A stretch of 64,000 nucleotides of DNA, taken from an uncultured bacterium (lineage in GTDB: Bacteria > Campylobacterota > Campylobacteria > Campylobacterales > Sulfurovaceae). The position numbers were made by a program, and so were the translations under genes. Within the stretch, counting starts at the first letter, position 1. Every line of letters starts with the position of its first letter. Under the pieces are notes generated by a model. It was not told where the DNA came from. It saw nothing but the letters and a program-made list of their open reading frames with translations, and ran no database searches. Where the stretch lies: assembly GCA_965602275.1 (NCBI GenBank), contig CBFCXZ010000009.1, forward strand, positions 6,719 through 70,718. Direction: 5' to 3'. Below are positions 48,026-57,438 of the stretch, one piece after another.

Positions 48026-48059
48026 AGGGTATCACCTGTTATTGGAGGTGCCCTAAATG

Positions 48060-48135
48060 TGGTATCCCCACGAGGACTCGAACCTCGAGCTAGGCCTTAG
48101 GAGGGCCCTGCTTTATCCAGTTAAGCGATGAGGAC
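48060..48135 (-). tRNA. tRNA-Arg (anticodon CCT)
   Basis: 76 nt. Acceptor GTCCTCA/TGGGGAT, D stem GCTT/AAGC, anticodon arm GGGCC-CTCCTAA-GGCCT, T arm CGAGG-TTCGAGT-CCTCG, encoded CCA. Confidence 0.95.
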
Positions 48136-48222
48136 AAATTATGAATAGTGGGATTATAGCAAATATTTTTATTTGTAAACCTAATTAGCTATAATACCAA
48201 AAAAGATACAGGAAATAACATC

Positions 48223-49143
48223 ATGGCAACATATATATTTGGACATACAACACCAGATTCAGACTCTATTGTGGGTGCATTGTCACTCTCATACCTTAAA
48301 AATCAACTGGGTGAAGATACGATCCCGACAAGACAAGGGGATATTAATCCTGAGACTGCATGGATACTTGAAAAATTCGCTTATGAAGCTCCTCAACTTA
48401 AAAACAGTTATGCAGGTGAGAGTGTTTATCTTATCGACTTTATGGAAAGCTCCCAAAGTCCTGAAGATATTGCTGAAGCTACTATACTGGGTATTGTTGA
48501 TCACCATAAGCTTGGTGATCTTAAAACAGATGCTCCACTTGAAATGTGGGTACGTCCAGTAGGGTGTTCAAACACTATTGTAAAACAGATGTTTGACTAT
48601 TATGATATTGAAATTCCTAAAAACTTAGCAGGTATGATGATGTGTGCTATTTTAAGTGATACGGTGATATTTAAATCTCCTACCTGTACCAAAGAAGACA
48701 CCAAAGCATGTAAAGAGTTGGCTCAGATCGCCCAGATAGAAGATTATAAAGCTTTAGGCATGGAAATGTTCATCGTAAAGTCTGATGTACTCTCTGCGAC
48801 ATCTAGAGAATTGGTGCTAAGAGATTTCAAAGATTTCAACATGGGTGGCAATACCATCGGTGTAGGACAGTTAGAGGTTGTTGACCTTTCTGTATTTGAT
48901 GCTATGAAGAGTGATCTCAAAGAAGAGATGAAGAAGCTGAAAGAAGAGGGTAGTAGACACTCTGTACTTCTTTTGCTTACAGACATTATGCAAGAAGGCT
49001 CACAACTGCTTGTAGTCAGTGATGAAGCTGGGAAGATCGAAAATGCATTTGATGTGAAACTTGACAGTGATGCAGAAGTATGGCTAAAAGGTGTGATGAG
49101 CCGTAAAAAGCAGATCATTCCTTTTTTAGAAAAACAGTTTTAG
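48223..49143 (+). CDS. ppaC: Manganese-dependent (family II, DHH) inorganic pyrophosphatase
   Basis: GH..PDSDS, VDHH, RPVGC, ILSDT, DFKDF and SRKKQIIP. Confidence 0.96.
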   Translation: MATYIFGHTTPDSDSIVGALSLSYLKNQLGEDTIPTRQGDINPETAWILEKFAYEAPQLKNSYAGESVYLIDFMESSQSPEDIAEATILGIVDHHKLGDLKTDAPLEMWVRPVGCSNTIVKQMFDYYDIEIPKNLAGMMMCAILSDTVIFKSPTCTKEDTKACKELAQIAQIEDYKALGMEMFIVKSDVLSATSRELVLRDFKDFNMGGNTIGVGQLEVVDLSVFDAMKSDLKEEMKKLKEEGSRHSVLLLLTDIMQEGSQLLVVSDEAGKIENAFDVKLDSDAEVWLKGVMSRKKQIIPFLEKQF

Positions 49144-51209
49144 CGCTCTTGAGTCGATCCAAGCTTTAAATATGCTTCAAACTCTTTTTTAGGAATGGGT
49201 TGTGTATAGAGGAATCCTTGAGCAAATATACACCCGTGTTTAACTAAAAACTCTTGCTGAGGAGTAGTTTCTACTCCTTCTGCGACAATATCAAGATTCA
49301 TACTTTTAGCGATGAGAATTGAAGCAGAAACAACCACTTCATCACTATGATTAGTTGGCGCATCCTGAACAAAAGATTGATCTATTTTGATCTTCTGAAT
49401 GGGTAAACGCTTGAGATATGCCAAAGAAGAGTACCCTGTACCAAAATTATTGATCGAGATATTACAACCTAAATCATGAATCTCTTCAAGTAATGAAGTG
49501 GCAGCTTGCTGATCACTCATCGCATACCCCTCAGTTACTTCAAACTCTATCCAGTCAGGATGACATCCGGTAGCTTCAAGAGAATCTTTTATTATCGTAA
49601 TAAGTGCTTTGTCATTAAGCTGTTTGGCAGAGAGATTTATGGATATCATTTTTATATCAAGCTTATCTTCTTTCCACTTACGCATATCTTCCATCGCTTG
49701 TCTTATGACCCATTTACCGATATCTATGATCTGTCCGGATGATTCTGCTATAGAGATGAATTGAAGTGGCATGATCATACCTTTTTGGGGATGATACCAG
49801 CGTAAAAGAGCCTCTGCACCAACAACTTTTTTATCTAATACATTGATCTGAGGTTGATAATAGAGTACAAACTCATGCTTTATAATAGCATTACGCAAGT
49901 CATACTCAAGCAGGATTCTTTCATGTGCTTGTATTGAGAGATCCTGGGTATAGAATGTATAGCTATTTCTACCATTCTCTTTAGCATTATACATTGCTAT
50001 ATCTGCAAAACGTACCAGTGTTTCGGGATCGCTACTATCGTCAGGAGCAATAGTAATACCAATACTTGTTGTAATATAAAATTGGTGTTCCTCAATAATA
50101 AATGGATCCTTTAAAGTATCAAGTATATGTTGTGCAATATTGGCTGCATCTAAAGGAGTGTTGATATTTTCAAGTAAAATGGTGAATTCATCTCCTCCAT
50201 GTCTAGAGAGTGTATCTTCTTTCCTGATCACACTTTGTAGACGTTTTGAAACAAGTTTGAGTATTTTATCACCGGTAGAATGACCAAAGGTGTCATTGAC
50301 CTCTTTAAAATGATCCAGGTCGATAAAGAGTACTGCACTATATTGATTATTTGATTTTCGCAGAGTCATTAAGTGTGACAGACGATCCATAAACAGTGTC
50401 CGATTTGCCAATCCGGTCAACATATCATAATTGGCATAGATACGCAGCTGTTCTTCTCTTGCCTTACGTTCACTGATATCACGAGCGATACCAAGAATTC
50501 CAATAACATTACCCTCACCATTTTTCATCGGTGTTTTGATCGTTTCAAATAATCCTTCATAACCACTATCAGCAAAGGTTAAAACTTCTTCATAGATATG
50601 TGACTCTTTTACTTCCAGTGCTTTACGATCTTTATTGCGGAAAAAATTTGCAGATTCCTGATCAACAAAATCAAAATCATCTTTTCCGATGATCTCAGAC
50701 TCGTTAGCCCCAAAAAGACGTTCAAACCTTGCATTACATGCCAGATACTTACCTTCTGTATCTTTGATCCAAAGAAGATCAGGGATAACATTGACAATGG
50801 TTTTTAAGAAGTTTTTCTGTGTCATCAATTCTTTTTGAAGTTGTAAACCATGCGTTTCAAGTTGTTTTTCCAAAGTACGGTCTTCATAAAATACTGCTAC
50901 TGTACCATCACCCAGTTTAACAACTGTATTCCGTCGCCATCCTTTAATACGGTCATCTTCATAAAAATTCGTATCAAGCACTTCCATCTCTCCTCTTGCT
51001 TCAACACGTAAAAGCAGATCAAAAAGACCAAATTCTTTAACAGCAGGAAAGAGTTCTGTGAGTTTTTGTCCAAGTAGTTTACTGCGATGTATCTTTTCTG
51101 TTACTTCAGCTAATTTATTAACCCCTGTAATACTAAAATCATCACCATCTTTTTCATAGATAACTACATTGATGGGAAGTAAATCAATATCAAGAGAATA
51201 AGGTTGCAT
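49140..51209 (-). CDS. PAS-PAS-GGDEF-EAL protein (EAL probably inactive)
   Basis: RHGGDEF with an RKED I-site. EAL motif present, but DDFGTGYSS reads NNFGTGYSS. Confidence 0.93.
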   Translation of the reverse strand: MQPYSLDIDLLPINVVIYEKDGDDFSITGVNKLAEVTEKIHRSKLLGQKLTELFPAVKEFGLFDLLLRVEARGEMEVLDTNFYEDDRIKGWRRNTVVKLGDGTVAVFYEDRTLEKQLETHGLQLQKELMTQKNFLKTIVNVIPDLLWIKDTEGKYLACNARFERLFGANESEIIGKDDFDFVDQESANFFRNKDRKALEVKESHIYEEVLTFADSGYEGLFETIKTPMKNGEGNVIGILGIARDISERKAREEQLRIYANYDMLTGLANRTLFMDRLSHLMTLRKSNNQYSAVLFIDLDHFKEVNDTFGHSTGDKILKLVSKRLQSVIRKEDTLSRHGGDEFTILLENINTPLDAANIAQHILDTLKDPFIIEEHQFYITTSIGITIAPDDSSDPETLVRFADIAMYNAKENGRNSYTFYTQDLSIQAHERILLEYDLRNAIIKHEFVLYYQPQINVLDKKVVGAEALLRWYHPQKGMIMPLQFISIAESSGQIIDIGKWVIRQAMEDMRKWKEDKLDIKMISINLSAKQLNDKALITIIKDSLEATGCHPDWIEFEVTEGYAMSDQQAATSLLEEIHDLGCNISINNFGTGYSSLAYLKRLPIQKIKIDQSFVQDAPTNHSDEVVVSASILIAKSMNLDIVAEGVETTPQQEFLVKHGCIFAQGFLYTQPIPKKEFEAYLKLGSTQER

Positions 51210-51505
51210 TGAAAAAGACTCCTAGAAAAAATTAATTATAATAGCCTTAGATTCCAACCGATACAAATATCGGGGAACCTTCTTGATTATTTTATCTGTC
51301 ATAGTAACACATAATTGTCAAAATATGTCAAAAAATATTAATTATAATAAATTTCTGTTTTACGTATATTTACGCTATAATGCCACACTAATTTAAGCGT
51401 ACATCGGTCAACTCTTTTATTCTTCATAAATCAAAAACACTAACTTAGCCTAGGACCGACCTCATACTAAAGATGGTAGGCTCGTTCAATAAGGTATAAA
51501 ATATA

Positions 51506-52831
51506 ATGTCATTTACAAACTTGGGGTTATCTGAACCTCTACTAAAAGCGATCAAAGAGCAGGGGTATGATACTCCTACACCCATACAACTACAAGCTAT
51601 TCCTACTGTTATAGAAGGTAAGGATGTTCTCGCAGCAGCACAAACTGGAACAGGTAAAACAGCAGGATTTACTTTGCCACTGCTTGAGAGACTTTCTCAA
51701 ACAGATCCTAAAATGCAAAAAAAACAGATACGCGTTTTGGTACTTACACCTACACGTGAACTTGCTGCACAGGTGGCCGAAAGTATTAAGACATATGGTA
51801 AATATGTACCATATACTTCTACTGTTATCTTCGGTGGCGTTGGAATAAACCCACAACTTGCAACCATACGAAAAGGGGTTGATATCGTCATCGCTACGCC
51901 GGGGAGACTTTTAGACATTGCAGGACAAAAAGGTATAGACTTTTCAGCGCTTGAATGTCTGGTTCTCGATGAGGCTGATCGCATGCTTGACATGGGATTC
52001 ATACATGATATTAAAAAGCTTATGAAACTTATGCCACAACAAAAGCAAACTTTACTCTTCTCTGCAACCTTCTCCAGTGATATCAAAAAATTGGCATCAG
52101 GACTTCTTAAAGACCCTGTGCTTGTTGAAGTAGCAAGAGAAAATACTACTGCTGATCAAATAAGCCAAGTGGTGCACTATGTCGATAAAGGTCGTAAAAG
52201 AGAGTTGCTTTCTCAGCTCATCAAGACTAAAGACTGGAGACAGGTTTTAGTCTTTACTCGTACTAAACACGGTGCAAACAAGCTGACTAAGCAGCTTGAA
52301 GAGTATGGTATAAGCGCAGCTGCTATACATGGAAACAAAAGTCAAGGGGCTAGAACCAAAGCATTGGCCTCTTTCAAAGCAAATGAAATCCGTGTACTTG
52401 TAGCTACAGACATTGCAGCACGTGGAATAGACATAGACCAGCTACCGCATGTAGTTAACTATGAACTTCCAAATGTACCGGAAGACTACGTGCACCGTAT
52501 TGGTAGAACAGGGCGTGCAGGGCAGAGTGGTGAGGCAGTTTCTTTGGTGTGTATTGATGAGCATAAATTACTCTTTGACATAGAAAAATTTATTAAGTCG
52601 GATATCAAAAAAGTACATATTGAAGCATTCACACCAGACCCTAGCATCAAGGCAGAACCTATACAAAATGGTAGAGGTGGTGGACAACGACAAGGTGGAA
52701 ATTCACGTAACAGCAACTCACGTAATAAGCCCCGTAGTAATTCTTCGCATGCCAACAACGGTGGTAGTCGTGATGGTGCCAGAAGTAACAGTAGAAATAG
52801 AAATCGTAATAGAAATAAAGCAGAAGGATAA
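51506..52831 (+). CDS. rhlE: DEAD-box RNA helicase, RhlE-like
   Basis: [27 protein letters not shown] and an R/N/G-rich tail. Confidence 0.9.
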   Translation: MSFTNLGLSEPLLKAIKEQGYDTPTPIQLQAIPTVIEGKDVLAAAQTGTGKTAGFTLPLLERLSQTDPKMQKKQIRVLVLTPTRELAAQVAESIKTYGKYVPYTSTVIFGGVGINPQLATIRKGVDIVIATPGRLLDIAGQKGIDFSALECLVLDEADRMLDMGFIHDIKKLMKLMPQQKQTLLFSATFSSDIKKLASGLLKDPVLVEVARENTTADQISQVVHYVDKGRKRELLSQLIKTKDWRQVLVFTRTKHGANKLTKQLEEYGISAAAIHGNKSQGARTKALASFKANEIRVLVATDIAARGIDIDQLPHVVNYELPNVPEDYVHRIGRTGRAGQSGEAVSLVCIDEHKLLFDIEKFIKSDIKKVHIEAFTPDPSIKAEPIQNGRGGGQRQGGNSRNSNSRNKPRSNSSHANNGGSRDGARSNSRNRNRNRNKAEG

Positions 52832-52836
52832 TTAAT

Positions 52837-53166
52837 ATGAAAAAAATATTTAAATTAACAGATGAAAAAAAACATGAAGACCGCGTACTCGAAGCAGTAA
52901 AAAATGACATCCGTAAGTATGTAAAACGTGAACGCAAGAAAAAGCTTCCTGATGCAGCTACAATGTACTGGGATTTTGACTGTCGTATAGGTGAAAATGC
53001 TGATAAAGCTGAAGTAGTTGTGTTTGAAGAACTTATCAAGGCTTTAGATAAAGTCAAAGCTTCAGGGGCAACAGAGTGTTATGTTGAGATATTGGCAAAA
53101 ACAGTCGATAAACCAGTTAAAGAAGCAGTTGAAGCTGTTCAGGAAGAAATAAACGAAGAGGAGTAG
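52837..53166 (+). CDS. DUF6172-like hypothetical protein
   Basis: MKK.FKL…R.LEA.K.DIRKY.KRER.K.LP…WDFDC…Y.EILAK pattern. Confidence 0.78.
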   Translation: MKKIFKLTDEKKHEDRVLEAVKNDIRKYVKRERKKKLPDAATMYWDFDCRIGENADKAEVVVFEELIKALDKVKASGATECYVEILAKTVDKPVKEAVEAVQEEINEEE

Positions 53167-53169
53167 CAT

Positions 53170-53292
53170 ATGATGAAAAAGTTTTATGTATTAGTTTCAA
53201 TCATTATGATAGGATTCTTTATATCGGGATGTGCAACATGGCATGGAGCCAAAAAAGATACAAGCCGTGTATGGGATGTCGTAACATCATAG
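53170..53292 (+). CDS. Entericidin EcnA/B-like small lipoprotein (40 aa; absent from the ORF track)
   Basis: GGAG RBS. MMKKFYVLVSIIMIGFFISGCATWHGAKKDTSRVWDVVTS*, with lipobox ISGC. Followed by a terminator. Confidence 0.8.
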   Translation: MMKKFYVLVSIIMIGFFISGCATWHGAKKDTSRVWDVVTS

Positions 53293-53326
53293 ACCTATAG
53301 ACGCAACATCAGTCTCCTAGTGAGCC

Positions 53327-53360
53327 AAAAAGGATAGAAGTATAACTTTCTATCCCTTTT
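53327..53360. terminator. Intrinsic terminator (potentially bidirectional)
   Basis: AAAAAGGATAGAA…TTCTATCCCTTTT. Confidence 0.7.
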
Positions 53361-53383
53361 GATATATGGGCACCGCTAAAAAC

Positions 53384-53468
53384 CATTCCTCCTTCAACCA
53401 AAGAGCATCTTCTTTTTTATTACTTTTAACCTTTTTCTCATATTCTTAACTAATAGTAAACATCAATT
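53384..53468 (-). pseudogene. Dead duplicate of the pilT/pilU 3' end
   Basis: About 12 mismatches over 85 nt versus 57440-57524. Reads LMFTIS*EYEKKVKSNKKEDALWLKEE versus LLFTLSQEYEKKVNTNKKENDLSLKNE. Confidence 0.88.
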
Positions 53469-53523
53469 ATAAGATAAGAAAAACTAAAATATTTTTATTT
53501 ATTTATAATAAAAATCTCATTTT

Positions 53524-53555
53524 GGCACATTTTTGGCACATTTTTTAGGTATACT
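53524..53555 (+). promoter_or_regulatory. Tandem GGCACA-N5-GGCACA box plus TATACT -10 upstream of the FIST gene
   Basis: 11-bp periodic repeat with 9-nt spacing to TATACT, the same geometry as 37722-37738. Confidence 0.5.
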
Positions 53556-53631
53556 AATAAAACAAGGAAGTTTGAGAGTTTATTATATCTCTAACCAGTA
53601 ATGATTTAAGTATTATAGATGAGGGTATATA

Positions 53632-54750
53632 ATGGCTGATATTATTTTTGATCCAACAGGCTCCATAGAAAGTTTTACTAACAACATTAATATACTCAGC
53701 TCTAAAAATGAGTCCGTTATGATCTTGGCATGTGATGCCAATGGGTTTAAAAAAGAGTTGATCGATCCTATTCTTCTGAAACATACTATCTCTATCATAG
53801 GTGGTATTTTCCCCTCTATCATTTATAATGCCAAGAAATATGATCAAGGTACACTTTTTATTGGTCTTAATGACAAAATGCAGGTCAATGTCATTAAAGA
53901 CATCAGCCAAAAAGATTATGATAAGTTGGATGGGGATATGGAAGAACTGATAGGTGATTTTGATAAATCTGTCAGAACCATGTTCGTTTTTATAGATGGG
54001 TTGACAAAACATATCGGTAAATGTATCAATGTTCTATTTGACAATTATGGTCTGGAGATCAATTATATTGGCGGAGGTTCCGGCTCACTCAGCTTTGAAC
54101 AAAAACCTTCACTTTTTACCAATTACGGACTCCTACAGGATGCTTTGGTTTATGCCTATTCGAAACGTCAAAGTTCTATAGGTGTCAGGCATGGTTGGAA
54201 AAGTATCAGCGGACCTTACCAGGTCACTAAGTCGGAAGCTACCATAATCAAAGAACTCGATTACAAACCGGCATTTGAGCTATATAAAGGTGTCGTAGAC
54301 CAATACGCTTCTGAACCTATCAATGAAGAGAACTTTTTTGAGATTGCCAAATCATTTCCCTTTGGTATCAACAGTGTTTCCGATACAAAAATAGTACGTG
54401 ATCCGATCATCTTAAATGGTACAGAAATGGTTTGTGTCGGAAATGTAGAAGAGGGTATTTATGTCGATATCTTAGAGGGAAGCAGTGATGCATTGCTAAA
54501 AGCTGCAAAAGATGCTGCAGATATCAGTCAGGAATATATGAATTTTGAAAATGATTTTACCCTGTTTATAGACTGTATCTCACGTGTACTATTTTTGGAA
54601 GAGAACTTTGATGGGGAAATTAAAGCAGTCTATAAGGGTAATGCCCCACTTGTAGGAGCATTGACATTTGGTGAAATTGCCAATAACGGTAGAGATTATC
54701 TGGAATTTTACAATAAAACATCTGTAGTAGGACATATAGGTCATGGATAA
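53632..54750 (+). CDS. FIST N/C domain protein (NosP-like)
   Basis: IGGIFP, IGGGSGS, HGW…G, FIDCISR.L and GALTFGEI…FYNKTSVVG. Confidence 0.9.
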   Translation: MADIIFDPTGSIESFTNNINILSSKNESVMILACDANGFKKELIDPILLKHTISIIGGIFPSIIYNAKKYDQGTLFIGLNDKMQVNVIKDISQKDYDKLDGDMEELIGDFDKSVRTMFVFIDGLTKHIGKCINVLFDNYGLEINYIGGGSGSLSFEQKPSLFTNYGLLQDALVYAYSKRQSSIGVRHGWKSISGPYQVTKSEATIIKELDYKPAFELYKGVVDQYASEPINEENFFEIAKSFPFGINSVSDTKIVRDPIILNGTEMVCVGNVEEGIYVDILEGSSDALLKAAKDAADISQEYMNFENDFTLFIDCISRVLFLEENFDGEIKAVYKGNAPLVGALTFGEIANNGRDYLEFYNKTSVVGHIGHG

Positions 54751-57292
54751 AAATCCGCTGCTATTGGCACTTTATGAAATCTCAATGTCTATAGGGAATA
54801 CACTTGAGCTTAACGAAATGCTTAACGAAAGTGTAAGAATGATATTGAGCAGACTTAACTGTTCTTCAGCGGCTATATATCAAAAGCGTGACAGTAAGTC
54901 TGAGTTGCTCTATGCTAAACCCAAAGTATTGATTAAGAACGAAGCCTATGTTTCTGTTGTGCAAGCACTTGAAGAGAAATTTTATAATAGTAATAGTCCT
55001 GGTCCTGTCTTGATAGAGAAGTTTGATGACAGATATTACTATCTTTTTGAATTGAAGAACTGTGGTTATCTTGTATTGACCAAATCAGATGATTCTCTTG
55101 ATGATTTTGTGCTAAATTCCCTGCAACAGATAAACCTAAAACTTGTCAATGCTATCCAGGCCTGTATAGATAATGCAAAGCTTCGTGAGAGTGAAGCCCG
55201 ACTAGCCAGTACACAAAGAATTGCCCATCTTGGAAGCTGGACGACCTCATTCCCCTCTATGCATCTTCATTGGGATGATGAAATATTTCGTATTTTTGGT
55301 GAATATCCTCAAAGTTTTACGCCAACATATAAGCAGCTTGCTCGCCGCCTCACAAGTAGGTCGCAAGAAAAACTACGCAAAGCAATATATCTAATTATGG
55401 CTAAAAAAAAGAGCCATTATGAGAGTGTATTTGAAATCATAAAAAAAGATGGATCGATCGGTTTTATACAAGTTCAAAGTAAAATTGTTTTTGATCCACA
55501 GGGAAAGCCAACTTATTTACTTGGAACCACTTTTGATATTACTAAGCAGAAGCAGCTTGAAGAGCAAATTCGAAAAGAGAGTACCTTGCTTAAAAGTATT
55601 ATTAACACAATACCTATTAGGATATTTTGGAAAGATTTAGAGTCACGATATTTAGGCGGTAACAATCTTTTTGCTCAGGATGCAAACCTGAAAGATGAAA
55701 GTCACCTTATCGGGAAAGATGATTATGATATGCCATGGAAAAATGAGGCTGAACTGTATCGTGCATTGGACAATAGTGTTATAGATACGGGCATTGCAAA
55801 ACTAAATGTTGAAGAACCTCTAACAGACAAGAATGGTATACTGAGATGGATTTCTACATCCAAAGTACCCTTGATAGATGAATATGGAAAGATCTTTGGT
55901 ACCTTAGGCACCTATCTGGATATAACGAATAAAAAAGAAAATGAAAAGAATTTGAAGCTACAACGTGATGCCTTAGCGCATCAAGCCTATCATGATACCT
56001 TAACCGGACTTCCCAACCGTTCACTCTTTTTGGACAGACTTAATCAATATATCCATAAAGCACATCGTAATAAACATAAGGTTGCTGTCTTGTTTATTGA
56101 TATGGATAGGTTTAAAGAGATCAATGACTCACTTGGACATGTATTTGGTGACAAAACCATCAAAGAGGTTGCACGAAGAATAGAGAGTCAGATACGTGAA
56201 ACAGATACGCTAGCCCGTTTTGGTGGAGACGAGTTTATAATGATTTTTAATGATATAAAAAACTCAATTTCCATTGTGAATATTGTACAAAAAGTGATGC
56301 AGAGTATGGATAATCCTATTACTATTGAAGGGCATAGTGTCTATGTTACATTAAGTATTGGTATCAGTATCTATCCTGATGATGCTGATACGTCTGATGA
56401 TCTTTTAAAAAATGCTGATGCAGCAATGTACAAAGCTAAAAATGATGGACGTAACACGTATAGGTTTTATACTGAAGATATGACAAAAAAAGCTTTTGAA
56501 CGTATGGCATTAGAATCAAGTCTGCGTCAGGCCATAAAAGATGACGACTTTATGCTTTATTTTCAGCCACAAGTTGATGGAGAGAGTGATGAGGTCATTG
56601 GTATGGAAGCTTTGTTACGATGGGAACATAGGAGTATGGGTTTTATTCCTCCTGACAAGTTTATTGCTATTGCGGAGGAAACGGGATTGATTATTCCTTT
56701 GGGTAAGTGGATATTGAGAACGTGTATGCGACAGATGGTAAAATGGTATGCCAAGGGCTTGCATCCAGGAACTTTAGCTATAAATATTTCTATGATACAA
56801 CTTCAAAAAGATGATTTTGTTTCAATGTTGGAGATGATACTGAAAGAGACAATGTGTCAACCCCAGTGGATTGAAATAGAAGTGACGGAAAGTCAGATCA
56901 TGAAAAATCCTGAACAAACGATTCTGACGCTTCAAGAGATCAGTAAATTAGGTATAGAGATATCGATTGATGATTTTGGTACAGGTTATTCATCGCTATC
57001 TTATCTTAAACGTCTTCCTATTGATACGCTTAAAATTGATCGATCTTTTGTAAAAGATATTCCTGATGATGAGGAAGATATAGAAATTGTTAAAGCGGTG
57101 ATTGCTCTTGCAGGGAGTTTAAATCTACGTGTTATTGCCGAAGGGGTTGAAACTGAAGATCAAAAAGTGTTTTTAGTGAAAAATGGGTGTAAAAATATTC
57201 AGGGATATTTATATGCCAAACCAATGCCGGCTGATGAAATGGAGAAAATACTAAGGGAATCTTTGCAAGAAGAGATCGATTTACTTGTATAA
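54743..57292 (+). CDS. GAF-like-PAS-PAS-GGDEF-EAL diguanylate cyclase/phosphodiesterase
   Basis: RFGGDEF with an RETD I-site. EAL, DDFGTGYSS and EGVET intact. Overlaps the FIST gene. Confidence 0.94.
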   Translation: MDKNPLLLALYEISMSIGNTLELNEMLNESVRMILSRLNCSSAAIYQKRDSKSELLYAKPKVLIKNEAYVSVVQALEEKFYNSNSPGPVLIEKFDDRYYYLFELKNCGYLVLTKSDDSLDDFVLNSLQQINLKLVNAIQACIDNAKLRESEARLASTQRIAHLGSWTTSFPSMHLHWDDEIFRIFGEYPQSFTPTYKQLARRLTSRSQEKLRKAIYLIMAKKKSHYESVFEIIKKDGSIGFIQVQSKIVFDPQGKPTYLLGTTFDITKQKQLEEQIRKESTLLKSIINTIPIRIFWKDLESRYLGGNNLFAQDANLKDESHLIGKDDYDMPWKNEAELYRALDNSVIDTGIAKLNVEEPLTDKNGILRWISTSKVPLIDEYGKIFGTLGTYLDITNKKENEKNLKLQRDALAHQAYHDTLTGLPNRSLFLDRLNQYIHKAHRNKHKVAVLFIDMDRFKEINDSLGHVFGDKTIKEVARRIESQIRETDTLARFGGDEFIMIFNDIKNSISIVNIVQKVMQSMDNPITIEGHSVYVTLSIGISIYPDDADTSDDLLKNADAAMYKAKNDGRNTYRFYTEDMTKKAFERMALESSLRQAIKDDDFMLYFQPQVDGESDEVIGMEALLRWEHRSMGFIPPDKFIAIAEETGLIIPLGKWILRTCMRQMVKWYAKGLHPGTLAINISMIQLQKDDFVSMLEMILKETMCQPQWIEIEVTESQIMKNPEQTILTLQEISKLGIEISIDDFGTGYSSLSYLKRLPIDTLKIDRSFVKDIPDDEEDIEIVKAVIALAGSLNLRVIAEGVETEDQKVFLVKNGCKNIQGYLYAKPMPADEMEKILRESLQEEIDLLV

Positions 57293-57317
57293 TCTTTTAA
57301 GAAGTTCATATCGAGAC

Positions 57318-57370
57318 AGGGTAGAGTATCTCTTCATGTACTTTATCGTAAGCTTTTAAGATCTCATCAC
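57318..57370 (-). pseudogene. Dead duplicate of the aldo/keto reductase 3' end
   Basis: 44/53 nt identical to 61574-61626. Reads DEILKAYDKVHEEILYP versus DEILKACDKVHEEILYP. Confidence 0.85.
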
Positions 57371-57438
57371 AGTAAACTAATCGCATTCTCGCGTCAAGAA
57401 TGAGGATAACGCATGAGAGGATAGAAAATAAATCTCTA

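Noticed and set aside
48060-48135. tRNA-Arg as an island integration site
   Set aside because: No integrase and no duplicated tRNA 3' end in the window. Flanks (thioredoxin, ppaC) look like core genes.
52659-53057. 132-aa minus-strand ORF (and similar long antisense ORFs inside nifJ, ade, Suv3 and tex)
   Set aside because: Antisense shadows of well-supported genes, lacking domains and RBSs.
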